From: Mobula hypostoma
Taxonomy: Eukaryota
Reading direction: 5' to 3'
Assembly (NCBI RefSeq): GCF_963921235.1
Contig: NC_086106.1
Span: 24,428,001 to 24,492,000 of the forward strand
DNA length: 64,000 nt
The translations under genes were made by a program, and so were the position numbers. Under the pieces are notes generated by a model. It was not told the DNA's origin. It was given only the letters and a program-made list of their open reading frames with translations, and ran no database searches. Of the stretch, positions 1-11,206 are shown piece by piece. Position 1 is the first letter of the stretch. Every line of letters starts with the position of its first letter.

Positions 1-1400
1 CGGCAACATCCTTGTAAACCTGCCCTCCACTCTTTCAACCTTATTAATATCCTTCCTGTAATTTGGTGACCAAAACTGAACACAATACTCCATATTCGGC
101 CTCACCAATGCCTTATGCAACCTCATCATAATATTCCAGCTCTTATACTCAATACTTCGATTAATAAAGGCCAATGTACCAAAAGCTTTCTCTGCGACCC
201 TATCTACCTGTGACGACACTTTTAGGGAATGTTGTATCTGTATTCCCAGATCACTCTGTTCCACTGCACTCCTCAGTGCCTTACCATTAACCCTGTATGT
301 TCTACGTTGGTTTGTCCTTCCAACGTTCAATACCTCACACTTGTCAGTATTAATCTCCATCTGCCATTTTCAGCCCATTTTTCCAGCTGGTCCAAGTTGC
401 TCTGCAGGCTTTGAAAACCTTCCCCACGGTCTACTACACCTCCAATCTTTGTATCATCAGCAAACTTGCTGATCCAATTTACCACATTATCATCCAGATC
501 ATTGATATAGTGGACAAATAACAATGGACCCAGCACTGATCCCTGTGGTACACCACTAGTCACAGGCCTCCACTCAGAGAAGCAATTCTCTACCACCACT
601 CTGTGGCTTCTTCCATCGAGCCAATGTCTAATCCAATTTACCACCTCTCCATATATACCTAGCGACTGAATTTTCCTAACTAACCTCCCATGCGGGACCT
701 TGTCAAAGGCCTTACTGAAGTCCATGTAGACAATATCCACTGCCTTCCCTTCATCCACTTTCCTGGTAACCTCCTCGAAAAACTCCACAATAGATTGGTC
801 AAACATGACCTACCACGCACAAAGTAATGTTCACTCTCCCTAATAAGCCCCTGTCTATCCAAATGCTTGTAGATTATGTCTCTTAGTACTCCCTCCAATA
901 ACTTACCTACTACTGACGTTAAACTCACCGGCCTATAATTTCCCGGATTACTTTTCGATCCTTTTTTAAACAACGGAACAACACGAGCCACTCTCCAATC
1001 ATCCGGTACTTCACCCGTAGACAGCGACATTTAAAATATTTCTGCCAGGGCCCCCGAAATTTCAACACTAGTCTCCTTCAAGGTCCGAGGGGAACATTCT
1101 GTCAGGTTCCGGGGATTTATCCACTTTAACTTTTCTGAAGACAGCAAGCACCTCCTCTTTTTCAATCTGTACAGTTTCCATGGTCTCACTACTTGATTCG
1201 CTCAATTCCATAGATTTCATGTCAGCTTCCTTAGTAAATACAGATGCAAAAAAACCTATTTAAAATCTCCCCCATTTCCTTTGGTTCCGCACAAAGCTGA
1301 CCACTCTGATATTCAAGAGACCAATTTTATCCCTTATAATCCTTTTGCTCTTAATATACTTGTAAAAGCTCTTTGGATTATCCTCCACTTTCTTAGTTCT
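1..1400 (-). mobile_element. CR1-clade LINE ORF2 (RT) fragment, degenerate
   Basis: ORFs 680-1030 and 327-806 give [42 protein letters not shown] and KFADDTK; frameshifted. Confidence 0.9.
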
Positions 1401-3490
1401 TAAAGCGATAATTTCGAAAGTCCAACAGTTTTACGCAATGAATTGTGAGAGACTTCGCTGGAGAAGGAATTCTTCACAGACGCACCTTTACCGTCGGTTC
1501 TGTCCACAGGATTCCCGATGCCGAAAATAAACAGTTTGAATCGTCTGATCTTAAATTCCTTTTAAAGAGAGACAGCCTTTGTGCATGAAGTCATTGCGCT
1601 ATTGCAAGGGTTATCTCGATGCAGGTTCTCTTCAACGAAGACTCAATAAGGTCGATTCTTTATTAAAGTGCCAATCGACGCGGACCCCTCGATCCTTCAC
1701 TTCGATGAATTCTTCACGCTCCCTTGAAATCTGTCGGAATTGAGTAAATTGGCACTTCCAGCAACAAATTTCCATTTCAAATACAATATCTCGTCAGAGA
1801 ACGCACCTTCGGTTTTAAAAATGAAACTGCGTCACAATAAACAAACACACAACAGAAACGGAGGCACAACACGTTCGACCTGGAAATCTGCAAACTCAAA
1901 AACCTACTGCGTATCTGAGTCGACCCTTATATCGTCACGGGGCACATGTCATCACGTAACCTCGCAACGGTGGGAAACTCACATCAGGTGACCTCCAAAA
2001 GACCATTACAGCATTCTCACAAAATAAACAGATCTCCCTGAGCATGTAACACCTCCCTCCCAAAAAAAGTTCTCTTGAAGAACAAAATTTTAAAAATTTA
2101 TACAAAAAAATACAAAGTTATAAAATTTACAAAATACACAATATATGCAATCTTATCTTTCAGCCCTTTACAAACTAATGTACAGTAGGAGTGTTACAAA
2201 TGTTAAAAAATCACTCCAGAAAAAAAAAACATTTTTTTATTGCACATTTAACAGCTGGGCAAACAGTCAGCGATCACATTACTTTACCCTTGATATGAGT
2301 GATCAAAATATTATACTCCTGTAACATTAGACTCCAATTTAATAATCTTCTCTTTTTGTTTTCTGTCTTACTTAAAAATACTAATGGATTGTGATCAGTA
2401 TAAACTGTGTGCGGTTTATGCGTAGAACCAACATACACTTCAAAATGTTGGAAAACTAAAACAAGAGATAACAATTATTTTTCTATTGTTGAATAAGTTC
2501 TTTGATGGGCATAATATCTCTTAGAAAAATAAGCTACCGGACGATCAACTTCATCACCATCATCGTTGAAGCAACACTGCTCCTGCAGCTTCATCACTAC
2601 CATCTACAGCTAATGAAAATGTTTTTCTTTTTTTTCAAAATCAGGAGATTTAAGAACAGTTTGACTACATGTTATAGCTTTCAATTTATCAAATGCCTCC
2701 TGACAAAATTCTGTCCAAACAGACTTCTCATTTTTCGTCAAGAAATCAGTTAATGGAAGAGCAATATTTGCAATCTCCTTACAAAATTTTCTGTATATCT
2801 CACCATACCCAAGAATCTTCTGAGCGATTTTTCTACCAGTGGGAGTGGGTACTTCCGAAATTTCCTGAACTTTTGCTTGAACAGGTACTAATTTCCCCTC
2901 ACCCACAACATAACCAAGGTAAGTCACTGTGACATGACCAAATTCACTTTTGGATAAGTTAATAGTTAAGTTAGCTTTTGAAAGTCTGTCAAATAACCTC
3001 TCTACCGCCGCAATATGTGCTTTCGACGTATTATTCCCTGTAACCATATCATCAATATAGGCACCTGTATATTTTAATCCCTGAATCACGCTATTAATCA
3101 ACCTCTGAAATGTTGTTGGTGCATTCTTCATCCCAAATGGAAGAACATTATATTCATATAATGCATTCATAGATGGGGTTACAAATGCTGAAATCTTTCT
3201 ACCTCTATCCGTCAATGGAACACACCAATAGCCTTTTAACAAATCAATTTTTGTAAGGAATTTGGACTGTCCAAATTTATCCACACAATCCTCTACTCTA
3301 GGGATTGGATATGCCTCAGTCTTTTGTCACAGCATTCACTTTTCTGTAATCCGTCCAAAAGCCAATACTATCGTCTGGATTAGGCACCATAACACACGGT
3401 GAACTACAATTCGAATTAGAATGTCTAATAATATCATTCTCTATCATGCATTCTCACAAAAAAACAGATCTCCTTGAGTATGTAACAACA
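1400..3490 (-). mobile_element. Gypsy/Ty3 LTR retrotransposon remnant (RT-RNaseH), internally deleted
   Basis: ORF 2610-3284 has KIDLLKGYW, LPFGMKNAPTTFQR and AYIDDM; ORF 2274-2474 has VYTDHNPL and RLLNWSLMLQEY. A ~40-bp LTR-start repeat (minus TGTTACAT...GAGATCTG) occurs at ~2012-2050 and ~3450-3488, the first preceded by a polypurine tract GGGAGGGAGG. Left boundary approximate. Confidence 0.85.
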
Positions 3491-4076
3491 CACACTTTAT
3501 TTGTCTTTCATTTTAACACTGACATATCCATACGCAAGCACACAAGCGCGAGCGCTGTTCTCGTGTTTTAAGCTTCTCTCTGTTTGCTTCCTCTTTCCAT
3601 CCTCTTCAATTTTCCCAGCAGCAAAAGCACACCAATACATATCTTTTTTTTCTTTCTTTCCCGTCATCCTTTACTCTCTTTCTCTATATATTTCTGGGAA
3701 GGTAATCCATTAAAACTTAGCGAATAATTTGTCTCTTTAAAGTGGCATTGACTCTACTGTCGTCATTAGTTTGTATTTCATCCTCCCTTTTACCTCCACG
3801 AATAATTTACATCTTGAATGTCATTCTATCACTGGCCTCCCCGTTATGATTAGTTTTACATACGGATTGAACTATGAAGAAAATTGTTAAAGATAATTCT
3901 GGAGAAAAAAACTATCAACTGCATAACTGGCTATACACTATCGGGATAATAGGGATAGCAAAGTTGTTCGGAAATACTGTTCAAAGATCCTAGCTGCAGG
4001 AGCTCGATATACTGTGTCGGCTTCTAATGTACATCTCGCCAGCTGCAATGTTCCCTGCACTTTCACAGCCAGAGTA

Positions 4077-4375
4077 GGTTTTAGTATGAATTCGCCATCT
4101 CCTTGCTTCGTGCTACAGAGATAAATGGCAGAGTCAGAAGCGACAGCTTTGGAAAAAAAAATATTTAAAATAGATGTTTTGAGATGTTTCTTTAATTCAG
4201 CGGTAACTTTTAGAAAAAGATTCTGGAGACCGTTCCATTGTTCGGAGATTGCGACTGCTCCTAAAATACACTTGTATCGTGAGTGGTAACATTACAATTC
4301 ATTCTCAGAGCCTTTCCTGCAACAATTGTAAATTCTGAAGCGATTGGCTTATCCTCATCTTTCCTATTTAAAATG
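4077..4375 (-). pseudogene. TCR alpha/delta-type V pseudogene; heptamer deleted
   Basis: Minus strand reads EFTIVAGKALRMNCNVTTHDTSVF* ... KAVASDSAIYLCST. Nonamer ACTAAAACC at 4077-4085. Only 29 nt between Cys codon and nonamer versus 41 in paralogs. Confidence 0.8.
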
Positions 4376-4410
4376 TATGAAAATCTCGGGCTCTATTGCA
4401 CCCATGGGAA

Positions 4411-4420
4411 AGACACACAG

Positions 4421-4448
<28 letters not shown>
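4411..4448. repeat. (AC)n microsatellite
   Basis: Direct inspection. Confidence 0.95.
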
Positions 4449-4451
<3 letters not shown>

Positions 4452-5639
4452 TCACCAGTTTTGCAAGCACCTATCGGGATGCATGCCAGTAACGTCAGGA
4501 AGGAACTGAACAAAGGCATGAGGTCTGGTTATCGTATCTTTGGGAGGCAGACTACATTCAATAATATTAATGTTCTTGACTGTTATCAGGGAATGAGTTC
4601 AAGTAGCCGCGTAATTCATTTTCTGTAAAGCAAGGGGCATTGTTCTGCTAAATGAGTGATTGCTTGTCCAAATGTTATTATATACTATACGGACTGTTTT
4701 GCTATGTCCTTAATGGAGATTATAAGTAGTGGAGGCAAGAGCATGGAGTCCTGTGGCATCCCACTAGTCGTTCAACGTCAATAGGAAGAACACCCTGCTA
4801 ACCACTTTTTGTTTACTTTTTGACATCTATCGAAACTGTTATGCATGCCATAGGCTCTTTGTCTGATTATTCCTTACCTTAGTAGTATTTGTTATTGTGA
4901 GAAGAACATCGAATGCTTAGCTAGAAACATTCAGACTCAGTCTCTCACTGCTCTACGTTGTCCTCTCTGCTTCCGACTCAAGGAACGATAACAGATTTGC
5001 AAAGTCTACCTCAAGCATACTTCCCACACGCGGCACGGCGTTAATAGGGGAAAAAAATATATATATCAGATCTCTCAAAAAACGTTTATAAGCTTCTTTC
5101 TTAAATGGCAGACGTTGTCAATCCCAACATTATACTTTATTGCACACGTCCTTTAATGAGTAATCTATTTTACATGTCCATGGGGTTTTATTTATGTTCA
5201 TATTTAATTTCTGCGGTTTGGTATCGGAAGTTTCGTTTATTCTATGCATATTAAAGTAGACTATGTCTTCCGATGTACGACTGTATCGAACTCCAGTTTA
5301 TATCCTTCTCAGTTCCGTCTCTCTCTTTCGTTGTCCCTGTGCAATGGTGTAATATTGCATCTGTGACTGAGTGTGTTCACTCGCCCTTCCCATTTGTCAT
5401 AGTCTCTCCGTCTCCCACTTTGATTCGCTCTCCATATACACCTCAATCTATGTTCTTCATATCTCGCTATTTCGGAAAATTCATCCATCTGGAAACATGT
5501 CGCTATATAAATTCTCCAACTGAGTCTATGCCATCATCTGTGACTGAGTTCACTCACCCTTCCCCTTTATCATAGTCTCTCTGTCCTTCTTCAGTCGTTA
5601 ATACAGTACGGTCCTGCATTCAAAACATAACGTGCAAGC

Positions 5640-5850
5640 ATCCTTTGCGTGCACTGAACACTCAGCATATGGAGTGGTTATCTTCACAGAGTGTCACCCG
5701 ACAGAACGGTCAAAATAATCAGTAAGCAACTGAGGAACTCAGGTATTTGGTTTCGGGATCAAACGAAATTACAGAGTGCCATCAAGAAGTTAATATCACT
5801 TCACGTATCTGCCAGTAAAGAATGAAATAAGATCAGTGGCATATACTGCT
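5640..5850 (-). pseudogene. Possible highly decayed V remnant
   Basis: YWQIRE motif resembles FR2; position corresponds to the 8300-8753 remnant in the duplicated unit. Confidence 0.25.
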
Positions 5851-6612
5851 TTCCCGATTGATGTCCTGCCTCAGGATGGGCTGATTATTCCGATCAGGTC
5901 AAATGAGAGCAGGTGCCGGCATTCGGTTTTGTTCATCTCTCTCCCTGTTTAGATTTACTTTTTGTAATCCAGACGATCTCTCTCTGTCACATATACGTTC
6001 CTCTCTTTCTCTCTCACACTGGCGCATGCATACACGATTACACACGCTAGCCCGCTCGGATCTTGCCCTAAGATTCTCTGAGTTTGTTTGTACTTTGCAT
6101 CCACTTCCCTTTCCAAACAAAATTCCGCCCCAACTCTTTATCTTTTCCTTCATCACCCTCTATCTCTCTACATTTCCTGGTATGTAACCTGTGATTACTT
6201 CTGGAATTATTCACCATTCTAGAGTCATACTGTCTCTAGTTCCGTATTTAGTTTGTAATTCATTCTCACTGTTGCATAACGGGATTAAACTACATATAAA
6301 ATGCCACTCCATCTCTACATTCCCCTTGATAATTGTTACGCCCTGGTTGAACGACGATGGAAGTATTAGAGCCAATTCCAAGAACATTGTAAACTGCGAA
6401 ACTTTTCAAACGCCAGAAAGGAAAAAGGCAGCGACTTGTTTTAGAAACGTTTCGAAAGTCCAGGTTAGAATAACTCCACATGTTGCGTGAATATTATTCC
6501 TTCATATTGGCCACTCAGTTACAATTCGTCAGCCGCTCTGTTTCCTGCTGGTGTCATTCGCTTTCTCATATGATGCATCTCACAGTGATCTTGCGCTGGC
6601 CCACATAAAGCT

Positions 6613-7089
6613 GGTTTATGTACGGACTTGCCAGCTCCCTGCAAGATTGTGCGCTTCGTGGCACAGAGATAAACGGCGGAATCAGAAAGCAGGACATTGG
6701 AGATATTTAGACTGGATGTTTTATATTTTTTTCTTTAATATCAGTGGTAATAATCAGCCGAAAATCTGGGGACATTTCAGTCTTTTCTGAGTTGTATATC
6801 TTCAGAAAATATACTGGTGATTCCTCGTGATAATGAATGTACCAAAATACATCTGCTCCAGCAGTGGTGAAATTACAGTTAATGCCTCGGACCTGTCGTT
6901 CAACAGTCGTTATTTTTGAAGGGCGCTGTGTCCCCTCATCTTTTCCACATGTTCCTGCAAGAAACGACAGAATGCATAAGCTCTCTGCACTCTGATTGGA
7001 CACATGAGACGCATATACACCAGTTTTTTTCGCAAACACTCACCTGGTTGCACGGCCAATAAAATTAGGATTCAACATAAGGAGTACAT
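6613..7089 (-). pseudogene. TCR alpha/delta-type V pseudogene (leader + V exon + 23-RSS)
   Basis: Leader 7089-7044 MYSLC*ILILLAVQP (TGA at 7072-7074) with GT donor. V exon 6954-6652 GTCGKDEGTQ...INCNFTTAGADVFWYIHYHEESPVYFLKI..., -1 frameshift in an A7 run, then TSSLNISNVLLSDSAVYLCATK. RSS CACAATC-23-ACATAAACC at 6651-6613. Confidence 0.93.
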
Positions 7090-7367
7090 TATGTCCGGTC
7101 TCAGTACCAAACGAGAGGCACATTAGATTCAAGAATGTAAATGTACTTGACCGCCATGAGAGAATGATTTCTGAATAGCGGTGAACTGTAGAGCAGAGGA
7201 CATTGTGCTGTTAAATGGCTGGTTGATGAATGGTTACGCCTATATGGATCTACGTATTTGTTTTTCAATTCATAAGCCATAGTTGTTCTTCTGTTATTCT
7301 CTTCCTCTTGTCACTGTTTCTTCTTGCACCCTTCTCATTCAACAATGTACTCCAAACGCCACCGAAT

Positions 7368-7405
7368 CTCTATCTATCTATCTATCTATCTGTCAATCTA
7401 TCTAA
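7368..7405. repeat. (TCTA)n microsatellite
   Basis: Direct inspection. Confidence 0.85.
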
Positions 7406-8299
7406 CTGTATGTCTGTATGTATTTCTAGCTATCTACCTTTCTATCGCTCTAAATATTTCCATTCTGTTTAGCTATCTGTCTATCCCTCCCTCCATCTCT
7501 TTAACTTGAATGTGCCTGTATCTTGTGCAAAATTTAATATAATGCACTTGGGCCTATGGACTGTGTCATTAATACAGTTTATATGTATTTGAAACAATAG
7601 TATGTATCCTGTGCCCCCCCCCGCCAGTTATTTACCGTCAATACAAATACCACCCTCTTTATGTATACTTTTCTCAGAGATCCAACTCATATGTATACCA
7701 AAAGACGCTGTGTCTGATTATTCCTTACCATATTAGTAACTGGCATTCTCATATGTATATTGAATGTTTTGCTGCCATCAGTCAGACTCTGCACCTCAAA
7801 GTTCCATATTCTCCTTCCTGCTTTTTACTCAAGGAGCGATAACAAATTTGCAAATTCTGTTTCGAGCATACTTCACCCACGCCACATGGCGGAAACAGAG
7901 GAATAAATAATATTTTAAATGGCCCTAATATATTTCACCGACTTCGGTCTTAACTGGCAATCATTGCCCCCCAAATTTACACATGTATTCACATATTTCC
8001 ATTACTGCGTCAATCTGTGCGACATAATCATGGTTTTTCTTTACGTTCTGTTTTCGACTCTGTCCTCTGAACTGAGAATATTCATTTATTTTCTGGAAAT
8101 TCAAACAGTCACACTTCCGATGTCCGATTTAATCAAAATCCAGCATATTTCTTTCTCAATCCCGCTCCCTCTCTTTCTATTACTTTTTTTTAACACTCTC
8201 TTAATGTGTTTCCACAATGTTTAATAATGCGTCTGTGAATGAGGGTGATCTCTTGTCGCTCCACATTTGTCACTGTCTCTCCGGTCTGCCTATCTACTT

Positions 8300-8753
8300 T
8301 GCCTCCTGTCGGAACTTCTATCAATCATCTCTCACTATCTCAGCTAATCGGCCCATCTGAATTGCTCAATCTGTCAACTTCCATTCTCCAATTCACGTTA
8401 GATTAACAATTTTTTATATGTTTGCATATTTCCTTCCTTTCACATCCATTGTTCTATGTGCGTTCATCGCTTCTGGATGTACCATTGAAATTACATATCA
8501 GAAAATGTGTTACATAATCTGAATATCTGAACTGTTGCTCCGTTACCCTCTGATTTCGACACTCTGGTAACTAAAGTCTCTAGCTTTCATTATTATGCTT
8601 CCTGCAAAAATATGCGCCCCATATTCCTGTCATAGAATTTCTGTAATAGAACAACAGAAAACAATAAATAAATAAATAAACCGTCTTTTCCCAAGGAATC
8701 CAAGCAAGCTGTCCGCCCACCTATCGAGTAAGATTTTGCTACGTTCGGCACAT
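8300..8753 (-). pseudogene. Decayed V remnant (5' half)
   Basis: Acceptor TTTTTGCAG|GA near 8600, WYIQKR motif near 8480 (paralogs WYIQRQ), leader-like ATGTGCCGAAC at ~8753. No RSS found. Confidence 0.4.
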
Positions 8754-9239
8754 GTTGTCTTCAACCTGCGCCCTACATGTGCTAATTCCAGTGTTTCTGA
8801 ATAATACTACTGTAATTACATATCTCGTAGTCATGTGATGTAGATGTTCATCCCTTATACTGACAACCATCTCAGTGAATAATTTTACCTCAAGAACCAT
8901 TTTTTTCCCCCGCTTACCCTTAATCTCTGCCCTCTCGTTCTCGATCCTCCGAACCAAAGGAAATAAAGACCGTTTTTTTTTTCCCAAACGTTCGCCGTTA
9001 CCTGTGCTTCCCACTCCTGGAAAACTTTATTTGCATGTCTTCATGCACTCTATTTATTTTTAACCCGTGTTTTCTTAATGTCTTTCCTTCCTTTGTCGTC
9101 AATGCATTAGAGTCCTTTATTGTAGATGTGATGTGCGAACATCCGCGTGTACTGGCCATTTCCATTCATTTAAAAGTTGCAATTGCACTTGACTTGAATC
9201 TACTACGGGTCTTAGGATTTGGAGCGCAGTGCTGATGAC

Positions 9240-10900
9240 GTTCCATAATATGGAAACATACATTGTCTCTACCATACCATGACTCTAACATAATTTATAT
9301 CAGCTCTTTCCACATACCCAGCACCCTCATTGAGCAATAAACTGCCCTTTACATCCGCTTTAAATTCTTGCCTTGCCTCAGCTTAAATATATGCCCTCCA
9401 GTTTTAGACTGCCCAACTGTGCGAAAATGGCTCTATAAGGTCACCTCTCTACTCCTAATCCCAAGGAAAAATGCGAGAGATTATTCAGTCTCTCGTTATT
9501 GAAGCTTTTATGTTCCCTAACACCCGGTGAATCTCTTCACCAGTGCATCACACCTTCTTGCAGTGTCACATCATATGTGTGCACGTGTTCCAGCGTTGAA
9601 TCAACCAATCATTCAAGGATACTTTGAAGTTTGCTGGTTTTTTTTCCTCCAGCTAATGGTTGTAAGTCACCTATCGGCCTTCTTCACAACCTGCTACCTT
9701 TAGTTATTTCTACATTTGTACATCTCAGTCATTATATTCCTCAGTACTCCCTCAGGCTCCGCAATTTATGGTATGTCCTAACGTTATTTCACTGTTCATA
9801 ATGAAATAACTCATAGTTAAGAGGATTCAATTGAATATGCTCATGTCATGCCCAAGTTACCATCTAATCCATATCACTTCGTATGGCATCTTTCCCCAAT
9901 ATCACACAGAAAAAAAAAATAGGCGTCACTTGAAAGCATATAAATCAGGACCCTCCTGCAGTTAATATACAATTTGTTCATATAGATGGCAAACAACAAT
10001 AGACCCAACAACATTTGCTGTACTCTGTCACTGGTCACAAAAGATACCAGATACCATAACCCGTTATCTCATGTTAGTGAACCTGTTCTGGGACAGGTAG
10101 CTCTGAATGTCTGGCCCAGAAGTTTATTTCGGACCTAATCAAAGGCTTTAATAAAGTCCATGTAAAGCAAATCATCATCACTGCCTTCAACGGCATGTTT
10201 AGTTACCTTATGTTCTCCCTTGCCTGATGTTGGACATATTGGCGAATGATCTCCTCATTATTTCTTTCTGTTTGCATTTCTGAGTAATTATCCCGCACTT
10301 GTTATCTTCCAGACACCTGCGTCATCACTTGAGTCTAGTCAATATTTAAATATTTCAGTCTAGTGCTGATAGAATCCCAGCTCTGTCCTCTGCTGATTTC
10401 CACGACAGCCTACGATACATGTCCTGGCGATGTATGCACCAACATCCCTGTTAAGACATCTAATTCATTCTACCTTTAAATCCTTATATTCTGCAGAATT
10501 TCATTATCGTAATCGAAATCCCCAATAGCAATGTCTTTCTATTCCGTGGACACAAAACAGCACTGTTCATTTCACAACCTGTCCTTTTCCCCAGGTTTGA
10601 CACAGCAATTAACGATTTGATCCCTCATCTGCCCGACGCAGTCCCTGGTTGTGTATTGTCATTCCATGTAGATAGGAAATGTCAACATTCTTATAATATT
10701 TCTGGATGTTTTCCTTAAAGGTAGCTGCCACTGACATTTTGTGAATCGAAGTAGCTGTCCAATTTTCATTCGGTAAACACTCTCCACATGAAGTCCATTA
10801 CTCATCAGCAAACATGCTATTCTTTAAATAAAACTCTTAATGCACACTGATATTCAATTTTCCCTGTTCTAGTCACTGCTACCTTGCCACTTGGCAGGCA
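9240..10900 (-). mobile_element. Old degenerate CR1 LINE
   Basis: Patchy nucleotide similarity to the other minus-strand CR1 copies in the window; no intact ORF. Confidence 0.45.
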
Positions 10901-11206
10901 TACGGTGACCTCGAATTCTCACTACCTCATTCTGAAACGACTTCTACTTACCTATAGGTTCCGTCTCCATATTCGTATTTACCAGGTCCTGTCCAACGAT
11001 AACGAAATAAGCCTTATGTTAAAAACTGTAGATTCCCCCTTTCCAGAACGACTTTTCAATTTCGGAAGTTTACTAACTTTGTCGAAATTCCTTGTCCAGC
11101 ACCAGAGGACGCATGTTCCACACTCTCTACACAGCTTAATCATCTATGAAAATCAATTTCTGCAAGATATGCTATTTTCATCGAAATAGCCCTATGATGC
11201 CCTTAA

